Part shown: positions 56,543 to 64,000 of the stretch, piece by piece
Numbering within the stretch: position 1 is the first letter of the stretch
Layout of the letters: each line of letters starts with the position of its first letter
Sequence record: OR258281.1
Direction: 5' to 3' (one strand)
DNA length: 64,000 bases
The notes under the pieces: generated by a model
What the model was told of the DNA's origin: nothing
Databases searched by the model: none
Seen by the model: the letters and a program-made list of their open reading frames with translations, nothing else
Made by a program: the position numbers and the translations under genes

Positions 56543-56770
56543 ATGAACTATACTAAGAATACTGTATATATACTGAAAAACCGATACTTGACCCGTCAAG
56601 CATTTAAAATTGCTACATGCAAAGAAAAAGAATACCAAGTACTGATGTTTGATTTTCAATACGTGCTTGAAAAACTTATTCCTGAACTATATGGAAAAGA
56701 GTATCATTTAACATACACAAATCTTAAAATGGGTCATTATTCTAACTTCAGAGTAGTACTAAATGATTAA
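56543..56770 (+). CDS. Hypothetical protein
   Basis: 75 aa. Confidence 0.65.
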   Translation: MNYTKNTVYILKNRYLTRQAFKIATCKEKEYQVLMFDFQYVLEKLIPELYGKEYHLTYTNLKMGHYSNFRVVLND

Positions 56771-57176
56771 TTCACCAACGGCAGAACGTTTGATTTCTCG
56801 TGGTAAAAAAGTACTTCATATTAATACCCGTGAGTATTGTGATTTTCCATATGGAAGAACAGTACAGGATAGTCCTGATAGTTGTGGTACACTTTTCAGG
56901 GAATCAGTACTTATACCTGCAATCAAGGCTAATCCTGATATTCTTATCCTTGATTTCTCCGCACACATTATTACCCCAAGTGCAAGTTGGGTAGATGAAA
57001 TCTTTAAACTACGTAGTTCATATGAAATGTTCCTTACTAATCATTTGGTAGTTAAAGAATCGCATTTTAGCTTTACAACATACTTTCTTAAGAACCATAA
57101 AAATATAGTACTTAAGAAACAATCTCTTTTTGAAAGGGAGTTTTTAGATTTAAGAACAAAAAAGGTATTTGGATGA
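56763..57176 (+). CDS. STAS-like (DUF4325-type) protein
   Basis: PYGR...SCGTLFRESVLIP...LILDF...SASWVDEIF. Confidence 0.6.
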   Translation: MINSPTAERLISRGKKVLHINTREYCDFPYGRTVQDSPDSCGTLFRESVLIPAIKANPDILILDFSAHIITPSASWVDEIFKLRSSYEMFLTNHLVVKESHFSFTTYFLKNHKNIVLKKQSLFEREFLDLRTKKVFG

Positions 57177-57349
57177 CAAAAGAAGAAATTAATGCATTGA
57201 TAAAAGAGTACATAACTGAGAACTTAGATATTATTGTTACCACTAGTACTAGATCCGAGTATATGTACGGCGGCGGTTATGAAGATATTCCAACAGTAGA
57301 AGTGGAAATTCTACTTGACGGTGAAACCATTTGTAGCCATAAATCATAA
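57173..57349 (+). CDS. Hypothetical protein (58 aa, not in ORF track)
   Basis: MTKEEINALIKEYITENL...; ATGA overlap. Confidence 0.65.
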   Translation: MTKEEINALIKEYITENLDIIVTTSTRSEYMYGGGYEDIPTVEVEILLDGETICSHKS

Positions 57350-57358
57350 GGAAATGAT

Positions 57359-57562
57359 ATGTCAAAATATGAAATGGAATTCGAAGAACTAATTAATAGA
57401 ATTGTTTCTAAACGTATTGCACAGGAACTAAGTAAGCTAGAAGTTAAAGTTAATGGTTATGAATCCACTAACGATGGTTCTATCCGTATACATGCTAGTG
57501 TTTGTTTTAATGGAATACTCTATACTACTTCTTCTGGTATTATTGTAAAAAATAATGGCTAA
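57359..57562 (+). CDS. Hypothetical protein
   Basis: 67 aa, AAGGA SD. Confidence 0.65.
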   Translation: MSKYEMEFEELINRIVSKRIAQELSKLEVKVNGYESTNDGSIRIHASVCFNGILYTTSSGIIVKNNG

Positions 57563-58133
57563 GTTATACTATAGATATAGTGCGATGAATAGCGGAAAGT
57601 CGTCTAACCTTCTACAAACCGCTCATAACTATATGGAACTAGGCCATGAGGTGCGTATATACACCTCTGGTTTAGATGACAGATATGGTATAGGTAAAGT
57701 TACTTCAAGAATTGGATTAGAAAAACCTGCTGCTATAATATCACCCGGTGATAATGAAGTACTACATGAACTATTCAAAGAGTTACTGTATGCTAATGGC
57801 CCACACAAGATCAAAGCGGTTTTTGTTGATGAATGTCAGTTTTTGGACAAAGAACAGATTGATTTACTATCTGATTTAGTTGATAATCATGATGTTAGTG
57901 TATTCTGTTATGGAATTCGAACTGATTTTGAGTCTAAACTTTTTAGTGGAAGTTCCCGACTCTTTGAGATTGCTGATAAAATTGAAGAATTGCCAAACAT
58001 CTGCGAATGTGGAAGAAAGTCTATCATGAACGCAAGATTAGTAAACAGTACCGCTAAAGTACTTATTGGTGGTAATGATACATATAAAAGTATGTGTCGT
58101 AAATGTTTTAAACTTCATCAAAAAGGCAAATAA
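57555..58133 (+). CDS. tdk: Thymidine kinase
   Basis: YSAMNSGKS, VFVDECQFL, CYGIRTDF, CECG...CRKC. Confidence 0.96.
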   Translation: MAKLYYRYSAMNSGKSSNLLQTAHNYMELGHEVRIYTSGLDDRYGIGKVTSRIGLEKPAAIISPGDNEVLHELFKELLYANGPHKIKAVFVDECQFLDKEQIDLLSDLVDNHDVSVFCYGIRTDFESKLFSGSSRLFEIADKIEELPNICECGRKSIMNARLVNSTAKVLIGGNDTYKSMCRKCFKLHQKGK

Positions 58134-58135
58134 CT

Positions 58136-58393
58136 ATGTACATTACTCCGAAGAATGTAAAAATCAAATCCGGTACATCATTTACTTTTATAGATAAAAA
58201 GACAGTACTTAAGGAAGATGATTTAGTTCGGAGTACTGTTTATCTTGATGACTACTATTCACAAGATGCAGTAGATGATATGAACTGGCAACTAGTACGT
58301 GATCGGATGCCTGGATGGATAGGCCGTACTATTGAAGAATTTGAGAAATTTGCTAAAACCAAATCTCATATGGAAATAATCAGAATTAATTAA
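58136..58393 (+). CDS. Hypothetical protein
   Basis: 85 aa. Confidence 0.7.
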   Translation: MYITPKNVKIKSGTSFTFIDKKTVLKEDDLVRSTVYLDDYYSQDAVDDMNWQLVRDRMPGWIGRTIEEFEKFAKTKSHMEIIRIN

Positions 58394-58407
58394 CTCCAAG
58401 GTACAAA

Positions 58408-58602
58408 ATGAAAATCAAAGTATATAGCAAGAAAAGCCCAAATTTTACTATTCATGGTATTGGTGAGAATGGTGAAAGTTTCTACTTCAACGGTACTGCA
58501 TGGATTAAACTACATTCAGAATTAAGTACTAAAGAAATCGATCAAATGGTATTTGTCGATGAAACTATTATCACCCAAAATAACGGAGACATTTACTATT
58601 AA
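58408..58602 (+). CDS. Hypothetical protein
   Basis: 64 aa. Confidence 0.65.
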   Translation: MKIKVYSKKSPNFTIHGIGENGESFYFNGTAWIKLHSELSTKEIDQMVFVDETIITQNNGDIYY

Positions 58603-58931
58603 TGAAGAGAAAACTCATTAAGCGTAGTAAAAAGAAGTTCACCTATATCTTTGGATTAGGTAGATTCTGGTATGTGATGATGCACAGCCAGAAGAAAGAA
58701 ATGATGCTTGAAGCAAACAAACATAAGTACACTGAGGTACTAGATTACGATAATGCACATTATTTGCATCGTGATATGCTCGGTGTACCAGTTTTGCTTG
58801 TTGCAAAAAACAAAAAAAGTCGTATTCAACGGTACTGTAACAGTTATCTAGCAATGAGAATAAAAGAATACAACGAAGTTACAGGATATAATAAAACAAA
58901 AGAAGACTTTAAAAGCTTCATGGAGATGTAA
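58602..58931 (+). CDS. Hypothetical basic protein
   Basis: 109 aa. Confidence 0.7.
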   Translation: MKRKLIKRSKKKFTYIFGLGRFWYVMMHSQKKEMMLEANKHKYTEVLDYDNAHYLHRDMLGVPVLLVAKNKKSRIQRYCNSYLAMRIKEYNEVTGYNKTKEDFKSFMEM

Positions 58932-59275
58932 TGGCATTCAATAAAGTAACTGAAATTAAAACATATTCATGTACCCTGCATATTGCGGGGTCTTATGATG
59001 TAGCGGTACAGGTAGCTAAAGAATTTGCATATAATCATGGTATCTGTTTTCAGATCACAAAAACACAGTACGTATATACTGGTGGCACCGAAGAAGGTAT
59101 GACTGTTCGACTGATCGCATACCCGCGTTTCCCTAAATCACCATCCGTAATACTCGGTGAGATGGAACAGTTCGCAGAAATTCTTGCAGAAAAACTGTGT
59201 CAGAAGAGTTATACCATCGAAGATTCAACCATCACTAAGTACTATGAAAGTACTAATCCATTACATAAGAAATAA
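58931..59275 (+). CDS. Hypothetical protein
   Basis: 114 aa; YVYTGGTEEG...YPRFP. Confidence 0.8.
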   Translation: MAFNKVTEIKTYSCTLHIAGSYDVAVQVAKEFAYNHGICFQITKTQYVYTGGTEEGMTVRLIAYPRFPKSPSVILGEMEQFAEILAEKLCQKSYTIEDSTITKYYESTNPLHKK

Positions 59276-59283
59276 GGTACATT

Positions 59284-59853
59284 ATGCTAAAACATATACC
59301 AAAATCTTTCGTAACCAGACTTCGTTATGAAAGTTCAGACTTTGATCATTTCTGTAAGCAACATGGTAACGTAACTTCTAATGTACTAAAAGAGATTATT
59401 AGTGGTACTTATCTTGAAGAAGATGAAGAACTTTCTAAAACTACTATTAAAACTAGCACATATTTGGATTGTGAGATTTATGATAAGTTATCAGTCGAAG
59501 ACTACTTAACTAAGCTAAAGAATATGATTCAGGAAGCTCTTTCTCTAATAGGAATTTCAGAAGAAGATGTAGTTAGTATTCATTCTAAATACGGTAATTT
59601 AGAATTTGTTGTTTGTTACGAAAGACCTGAAACTGCCGCAGAAAAGTCCGAACGGTTACGTAAAGTTAAAATCCGAGCTAAACTATATGCTTTTTCTTCG
59701 CTTATTCGAAATTACTACAACGAATGGTATAGTGAACAGATCGAACAGGAACGTCTTGCTAAAATTGCTAAAAATCAAAAGCAGTTGGAAGGTCTAGAGA
59801 AACGTCAGGCTGAATTGCAAAAACAGATTGACATTCTTAAGTCTGGAGAGTAG
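59284..59853 (+). CDS. Coiled-coil-tailed paralog 1 of 3
   Basis: FDHFCKQHGNVTSNVLKEIISG...YERPET; C-terminal heptads. Confidence 0.75.
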   Translation: MLKHIPKSFVTRLRYESSDFDHFCKQHGNVTSNVLKEIISGTYLEEDEELSKTTIKTSTYLDCEIYDKLSVEDYLTKLKNMIQEALSLIGISEEDVVSIHSKYGNLEFVVCYERPETAAEKSERLRKVKIRAKLYAFSSLIRNYYNEWYSEQIEQERLAKIAKNQKQLEGLEKRQAELQKQIDILKSGE

Positions 59854-59858
59854 TCTTA

Positions 59859-60074
59859 ATGCATTACGAACATCCATCAGTTATAGGCTGTTCTAATCAC
59901 GGGTGTATTTTAAAACGTCCAGTAGGTATGGGTACTAACGGTACATGTAACTGTATAAGTACCCAAATGCATCGTTCGAAAGTACTAGATACAAAACGAA
60001 CTATCGACTACCTAAGACGTATGTTAAAAGAACGTGATTCTGAAATAACAGAACTTAAAGGTACTGCAAAGTGA
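59859..60074 (+). CDS. Small Cys/His-rich protein
   Basis: GCSNHGC...GTCNC. Confidence 0.7.
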   Translation: MHYEHPSVIGCSNHGCILKRPVGMGTNGTCNCISTQMHRSKVLDTKRTIDYLRRMLKERDSEITELKGTAK

Positions 60075-60619
60075 AAGATGATTTCTCAGAGTTTCTAAAG
60101 CTTAATGTTACTGAGTATAATACTCATGTCAGATTGTATGGAAGTATTGGTTCTAATCGTATAAAAAAGATGATCAATGGTGAAATGCAACCAAATGAAA
60201 GAAAAGAACCAGAACGTAAACTGAGCTATGACACGTTAACTAAGGATTTTACCGCAACAAGTAAAAATCCAGATGAACTTGTTGAGAAATTCAGTATTGC
60301 ACTTCTTCATTGTATTAATACTATTCGCAATGAATATAGTACTTTTAATGAAATTACTAACGTTAGCTTGAACCGTGGAATCAGTGTTTCTTTTACTTTT
60401 TATGAAAGTGAAGAGAGATACAAAGACAATATCAAAGAGTATCAGAGAGTAGAAAGTATTAATGCATTAGTACCATTAGTACAGAAGGCGTTTAAGGTTT
60501 TTACTGATAATAATGACAGACACGTAAGAAATATGCGGCGAGAACGCATTAAACGTCAGCTTACTGAACTGCAAGATGAACTTACTAAATTAGGTGAAGA
60601 AGAAAATGAACAACTTTGA
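60071..60619 (+). CDS. Coiled-coil-tailed paralog 2 of 3
   Basis: EYNTHVRLYGSIGSNRIKKMING...INALVPLVQK. Confidence 0.75.
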   Translation: MKDDFSEFLKLNVTEYNTHVRLYGSIGSNRIKKMINGEMQPNERKEPERKLSYDTLTKDFTATSKNPDELVEKFSIALLHCINTIRNEYSTFNEITNVSLNRGISVSFTFYESEERYKDNIKEYQRVESINALVPLVQKAFKVFTDNNDRHVRNMRRERIKRQLTELQDELTKLGEEENEQL

Positions 60620-61151
60620 TAAAAACTTTTTAAAGTACTTAAATGCAAATGTTCCTGAATTCAACTCCTTTGTACAAAAGTATGGTAAGCCTAGTGTATC
60701 AAGCATTAAACGTTTAATTGCTGGTGATATTATTAAAAATTCGTTTAAAACCGAACGTCAGACTGTAGTGAAAAAAGAAATCGCATATTTTACTGCATGT
60801 CATGGAATGAATGTCCCTCAATTCATTAGTAATGTGCAGGAAATTCTTGAAAATGCCGAGCGTAGTATTCGTAGTGAGAATAATGATTTCAAGCGTATAA
60901 ATGGCATTACTATGTGTTATAATAGTGCAGAAATTGAGTACGAAGTACTGGAAGATATGCATACCTTCAATATCCGCACAAAGGATATTCAGCGTAATGA
61001 TGAACTGAATGCACTAGCTCCATTATTGAAGAAAGGTCTTCAGGACTTCCAGACCAGTTTCAAAGAAAATATTAATGAAATTCGCAAGAAAGCTCTTAAA
61101 GAACAAATCGAATCAATGCAAAAAGAACTTCAAGAACTGGAATCCAATTAA
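60606..61151 (+). CDS. Coiled-coil-tailed paralog 3 of 3
   Basis: EFNSFVQKYGKPSVSSIKRLIAG...LNALAPLLKK. Confidence 0.75.
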   Translation: MNNFDKNFLKYLNANVPEFNSFVQKYGKPSVSSIKRLIAGDIIKNSFKTERQTVVKKEIAYFTACHGMNVPQFISNVQEILENAERSIRSENNDFKRINGITMCYNSAEIEYEVLEDMHTFNIRTKDIQRNDELNALAPLLKKGLQDFQTSFKENINEIRKKALKEQIESMQKELQELESN

Positions 61152-61462
61152 TGAGTAAAAACAAAAAGGTTCAGAAACTTAGTGAAGAAGAAATGCAGGA
61201 GAACATTAAGAAGTACTGTAACGGTACTCCATATGTTATCAAATCTGCATTAGAACTTATCGATGGTGTCGTATCTGAAGAACGTACTGCACTAATTGAA
61301 CTTGGTACTTTACAAAGTTTCGATATTATTGATGTTATCGAAATTTCCAAAAAGGAACGTGAATTCATTATTAAGTACAATAACGGTGAACGTTCTGTTA
61401 CTATCACTTACGGCTTTAAAGCAGGTGACCAATGGGTGAAGACCATCCAGAAATCCCTCTAG
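61151..61462 (+). CDS. Hypothetical protein
   Basis: 103 aa. Confidence 0.7.
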   Translation: MSKNKKVQKLSEEEMQENIKKYCNGTPYVIKSALELIDGVVSEERTALIELGTLQSFDIIDVIEISKKEREFIIKYNNGERSVTITYGFKAGDQWVKTIQKSL

Positions 61463-61992
61463 ATTATGCTCATTACAAGTTAATAAGTACTTTTCTTGAC
61501 GTAATTATTAATGGTTCTGGTATTAATAAAAGAAAAGCTATTCATGAATTGTATTGGAAGACATATCAGGTACAACTGAATACATTACATGATTTCTCAC
61601 TTGAATATCAGTATGATTCTTGGATTATGAATGTTTATGATTTTCATTACAACAAAGGGTTAAGTGAGTACTTTAAAGTTGAAATAAAAGAACATATCTA
61701 TAATTCTGTTGGTATATTTAACGGCAAAGACCAAAAATTATCCAATCTTTGGATAAGGCAGAATAATGTTTTTGTTTTCAGTGATGAAAATGACAATAAA
61801 AACAAATATTCTCCAAATTCAGCCTTGACTATTCCTGTTGATGATGGTCTAATTAATAAAGAAGACATGTTTAACATTTCAATGTTGTCTCCTGTATACT
61901 TTAGTCCTGAGCAGATTAATCTAGGTATTTTTCTGTACAAGTACTTAAAGAATAAAAATCAGAATTTTTTAATTAACTACTATATTGGGTGA
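61432..61992 (+). CDS. FN-motif family small protein
   Basis: NKEDMFNISMLSPVYFSPEQI; start uncertain. Confidence 0.7.
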   Translation: MGEDHPEIPLDYAHYKLISTFLDVIINGSGINKRKAIHELYWKTYQVQLNTLHDFSLEYQYDSWIMNVYDFHYNKGLSEYFKVEIKEHIYNSVGIFNGKDQKLSNLWIRQNNVFVFSDENDNKNKYSPNSALTIPVDDGLINKEDMFNISMLSPVYFSPEQINLGIFLYKYLKNKNQNFLINYYIG

Positions 61993-61995
61993 ACT

Positions 61996-62493
61996 ATGTT
62001 TAAGAAAATCGTAATGGTTACACTGGCAGTACTGGCAATCTCTGCATGTGACGACAAAAAGCAACAGAATGTACAACAGCAGTACCCACAGAATCAACAG
62101 GTGCAAAACCAGCAGTATCAAGATCAACAGCCACAGCAGGTATATGTACAGCAGCAGCCAGGACAGCAACCTGTAACTGTAATTAACCAGCAACCATCGC
62201 ACGATAATGGTTTGGCAACTGCGGTGGTAGCAGGAGCAGCGGGTTATTACATGGGCCGGAACAGTAATAACTCAAATTATGATCGTAACCGTTATGATGA
62301 CCGTGATCGTTCGTATAATAACCGTACTGTTAAGAACCGTACCGTAATTAATAACTATACAATTAATCAGGCTCCTAAACAGCAGAAGTCCAGTACTTAT
62401 TACGGTTCAAGTTCAAAAAGTACTACATCCGTCTCAAGTTCTAGCTCTAAACCACGTAGTGTTTACAGCAAAGTATTCAACAAGAGACGTTAA
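61996..62493 (+). CDS. Gln-rich lipoprotein with glycine-zipper segment
   Basis: LAISAC lipobox; Q-rich tract; AVVAGAAGYYMG; RYDDRDR and S-rich tail. Confidence 0.75.
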   Translation: MFKKIVMVTLAVLAISACDDKKQQNVQQQYPQNQQVQNQQYQDQQPQQVYVQQQPGQQPVTVINQQPSHDNGLATAVVAGAAGYYMGRNSNNSNYDRNRYDDRDRSYNNRTVKNRTVINNYTINQAPKQQKSSTYYGSSSKSTTSVSSSSSKPRSVYSKVFNKRR

Positions 62494-62495
62494 TT

Positions 62496-62915
62496 ATGAC
62501 TATTTTTAAAGTATGGCTAGTGTATGCTTTAATTCTAATAGGGTCTCTTTATGGTTGTTTTCATTTGATGCATAATGATCCAGATCGTATTGAACATCCA
62601 TACACAATGAAGGTACTACGAATCATCCAGGAAGACCATAAATCAAGTACTAACTATCGCGGAGTATTTCAGATGGAAAGCGGTAAAGTAGTAGATTTTA
62701 GTGTTACTGCGTCAGTATTCGTTAAGTACCAACCGGGTGATACTATTAGTTTTAACCTAAGTAACAGAGAACTAGGTATAGATAATAGTGAAAATAGTAC
62801 CTATGCCTTTTTTGTTTTTATTTGGTGCTTTATTTTCGGATTTTTTGGTGCTGTATTAATAACTGAAAAAATTGAACCCAAAATTACAAGAAAACGACTG
62901 TATAACAATAGATAA
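62496..62915 (+). CDS. Two-TM membrane protein with soluble beta domain
   Basis: N- and C-terminal TM segments. Confidence 0.75.
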   Translation: MTIFKVWLVYALILIGSLYGCFHLMHNDPDRIEHPYTMKVLRIIQEDHKSSTNYRGVFQMESGKVVDFSVTASVFVKYQPGDTISFNLSNRELGIDNSENSTYAFFVFIWCFIFGFFGAVLITEKIEPKITRKRLYNNR

Positions 62916-62918
62916 CTT

Positions 62919-62949
62919 AAAAAGGTACTCAAATTGAGTACCTTTTTTT
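62919..62949 (+). terminator. Intrinsic terminator
   Basis: AAAAAGGTACTCA-AAT-TGAGTACCTTTTTTT. Confidence 0.85.
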
Positions 62950-62967
62950 ATTGGAGAAAATATAATA

Positions 62968-64000
62968 ATGAATCTGATTAAAGACTCTCGGGCATTAGTA
63001 ACTGTACGTACTATTAACAAAATTCTTCCTATTCCTGGTGCTGACTTTATTATGGAAGCACATATTGACGGATGGAGTTGTGTAGTAAAGAAAGATGAAT
63101 TCAAAGAAGGTGATTACTGTTTGTACTTCGAAATTGATTCATTCCTTCCGGCTAATGATCCTAAATTCCTGTTCCTTCGTAAAAATGGTGTAAAAACTGA
63201 TGATACTGGTGCAGAACGTATTCGTCTTCGTTCTATTAAACTTAAAGGTATCATTTCTCAAGGATTAGCACTTCCTTTAACGGTACTTGACGAACAAACA
63301 GTTCAAGAACTACTAATGGTAGTGGATTATAGTTCATATGATACTATTGATAATCATGCTATTGATGCAATGTATGAAGCACTGGAAACTGAACGTTATG
63401 GTATTGAAGAATTCCTGAACGTTACTAAGTACGAACGTCCAGACGAAAAGAATGGTGGTGCTGGTAATGCTAAAACTGCTGGTAATTTCCCATTAAGTAT
63501 TCCTAAAACCGACGAAGATCGTTTGCAGAACGTATATGGAACTCTTAGTACTCATTTTCAGGATGTTTATTTTCGTCCTAGTCTCAAGCTTGATGGTAGC
63601 AGTATTACTATTGGGTACTTCAGTGACCCGAGTTATTTCCTTACTAAGCTTGATGATGAAATGATTACGTACAATGAAGAAAAACAAGAACTAGAATGTA
63701 CTCCAATTCCATATCCTCATAATTATGGTACTTCTCAGGTAATTGTATGTTCACGTAATCTTGCGTTGAAGTACACACCTGAATCGCGGTTCTGGCAGGG
63801 AGTAAACAATAATGATCTTGCCACTCGCCTAAAAGAGTACTGTGAAGAATATGATGTACAACTTGCAGTACAGGGTGAACTAATGGGTCCGGGGATTCAG
63901 GGTAACCGTGAAAAACTGGAACAGTACGACATTTATGCATTCCGTATTTGGGATATTACTAATAAATGCTTCCTTGATGATAGTGAATTCATGGAGACAT
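62968..64000 (+). CDS. RNA ligase (Rnl2/DRB0094-like) with N-terminal OB-fold, 3'-truncated by window edge (not in ORF track)
   Basis: My translation: MNLIKDSRALVTVRTI...YFEIDSFLP...IKLKGIISQGLALP...PKTDEDRLQN...KLDGSS...CSRNL...QGELMGPGIQGN. Confidence 0.9.
   Translation, partial: MNLIKDSRALVTVRTINKILPIPGADFIMEAHIDGWSCVVKKDEFKEGDYCLYFEIDSFLPANDPKFLFLRKNGVKTDDTGAERIRLRSIKLKGIISQGLALPLTVLDEQTVQELLMVVDYSSYDTIDNHAIDAMYEALETERYGIEEFLNVTKYERPDEKNGGAGNAKTAGNFPLSIPKTDEDRLQNVYGTLSTHFQDVYFRPSLKLDGSSITIGYFSDPSYFLTKLDDEMITYNEEKQELECTPIPYPHNYGTSQVIVCSRNLALKYTPESRFWQGVNNNDLATRLKEYCEEYDVQLAVQGELMGPGIQGNREKLEQYDIYAFRIWDITNKCFLDDSEFMET

Larger units (their letters stand above)
1..64000. repeat. Highly iterated dispersed palindrome AGTACT
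   Basis: Hand count: 15 copies in bases 1-3000 and 9 in 50101-51300, versus ~1 per 3 kb expected from composition; occurs in all reading frames and in intergenic DNA. Confidence 0.9.

Noticed and set aside
1925-63940. Remaining minus-strand and nested alternative-frame ORFs of 60-143 aa in the track
   Set aside because: They lie within or opposite well-supported + strand genes, lack SD sequences and show no recognisable motifs.
1-64000. CRISPR array, tRNA, rRNA, integrase, transposase or reverse transcriptase (retron/DGR)
   Set aside because: I saw no regularly spaced direct repeats, no cloverleaf with T-loop GTTC and CCA, and no RT (YxDD), recombinase or DDE motifs.

Overview
This 64 kb window is from a large, AT-rich (roughly one-third GC by eye) lytic dsDNA phage. 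Gene content suggests a T4-related jumbo myovirus of Gram-negative hosts; a RaK2/GAP32/PBECO4-type phage is my best guess, but that is inference. About 115 densely packed genes lie on the + strand and one (an Ig-like virion protein) on the - strand. Recognisable functions: RNA ligase 1 and PNKP, ATP-dependent DNA ligase, ClpP, dCMP deaminase, a two-gene NAD+ salvage pathway (NMN adenylyltransferase-Nudix and nicotinamide phosphoribosyltransferase), PIN-PhoH, two Pol-beta-type nucleotidyltransferases, a Thg1-like 3'-5' polymerase, a glycosyltransferase, a WGR-domain protein, three related tail-fibre-like genes, Rz/Rz1 spanins, an HNH nuclease, a ferritin-like protein, thymidine kinase and a second RNA ligase running off the right end. 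I found no tRNA, rRNA, CRISPR array, integrase or reverse transcriptase. The main unexplained signals are: (1) a ~700 nt GC-richer, hairpin-dense non-coding region with its own promoter right behind the HNH gene; (2) about 15-fold over-representation of the palindrome AGTACT in hand-counted samples; (3) a dispersed family of ~20 small divergent proteins sharing a 'D/E-x-x-FN-L-x-L' motif, one copy split by an A8 frameshift; (4) an identical 22-nt hairpin over the ribosome-binding sites of both NAD genes. Function calls come from motif recognition only; no database search or folding program was run.
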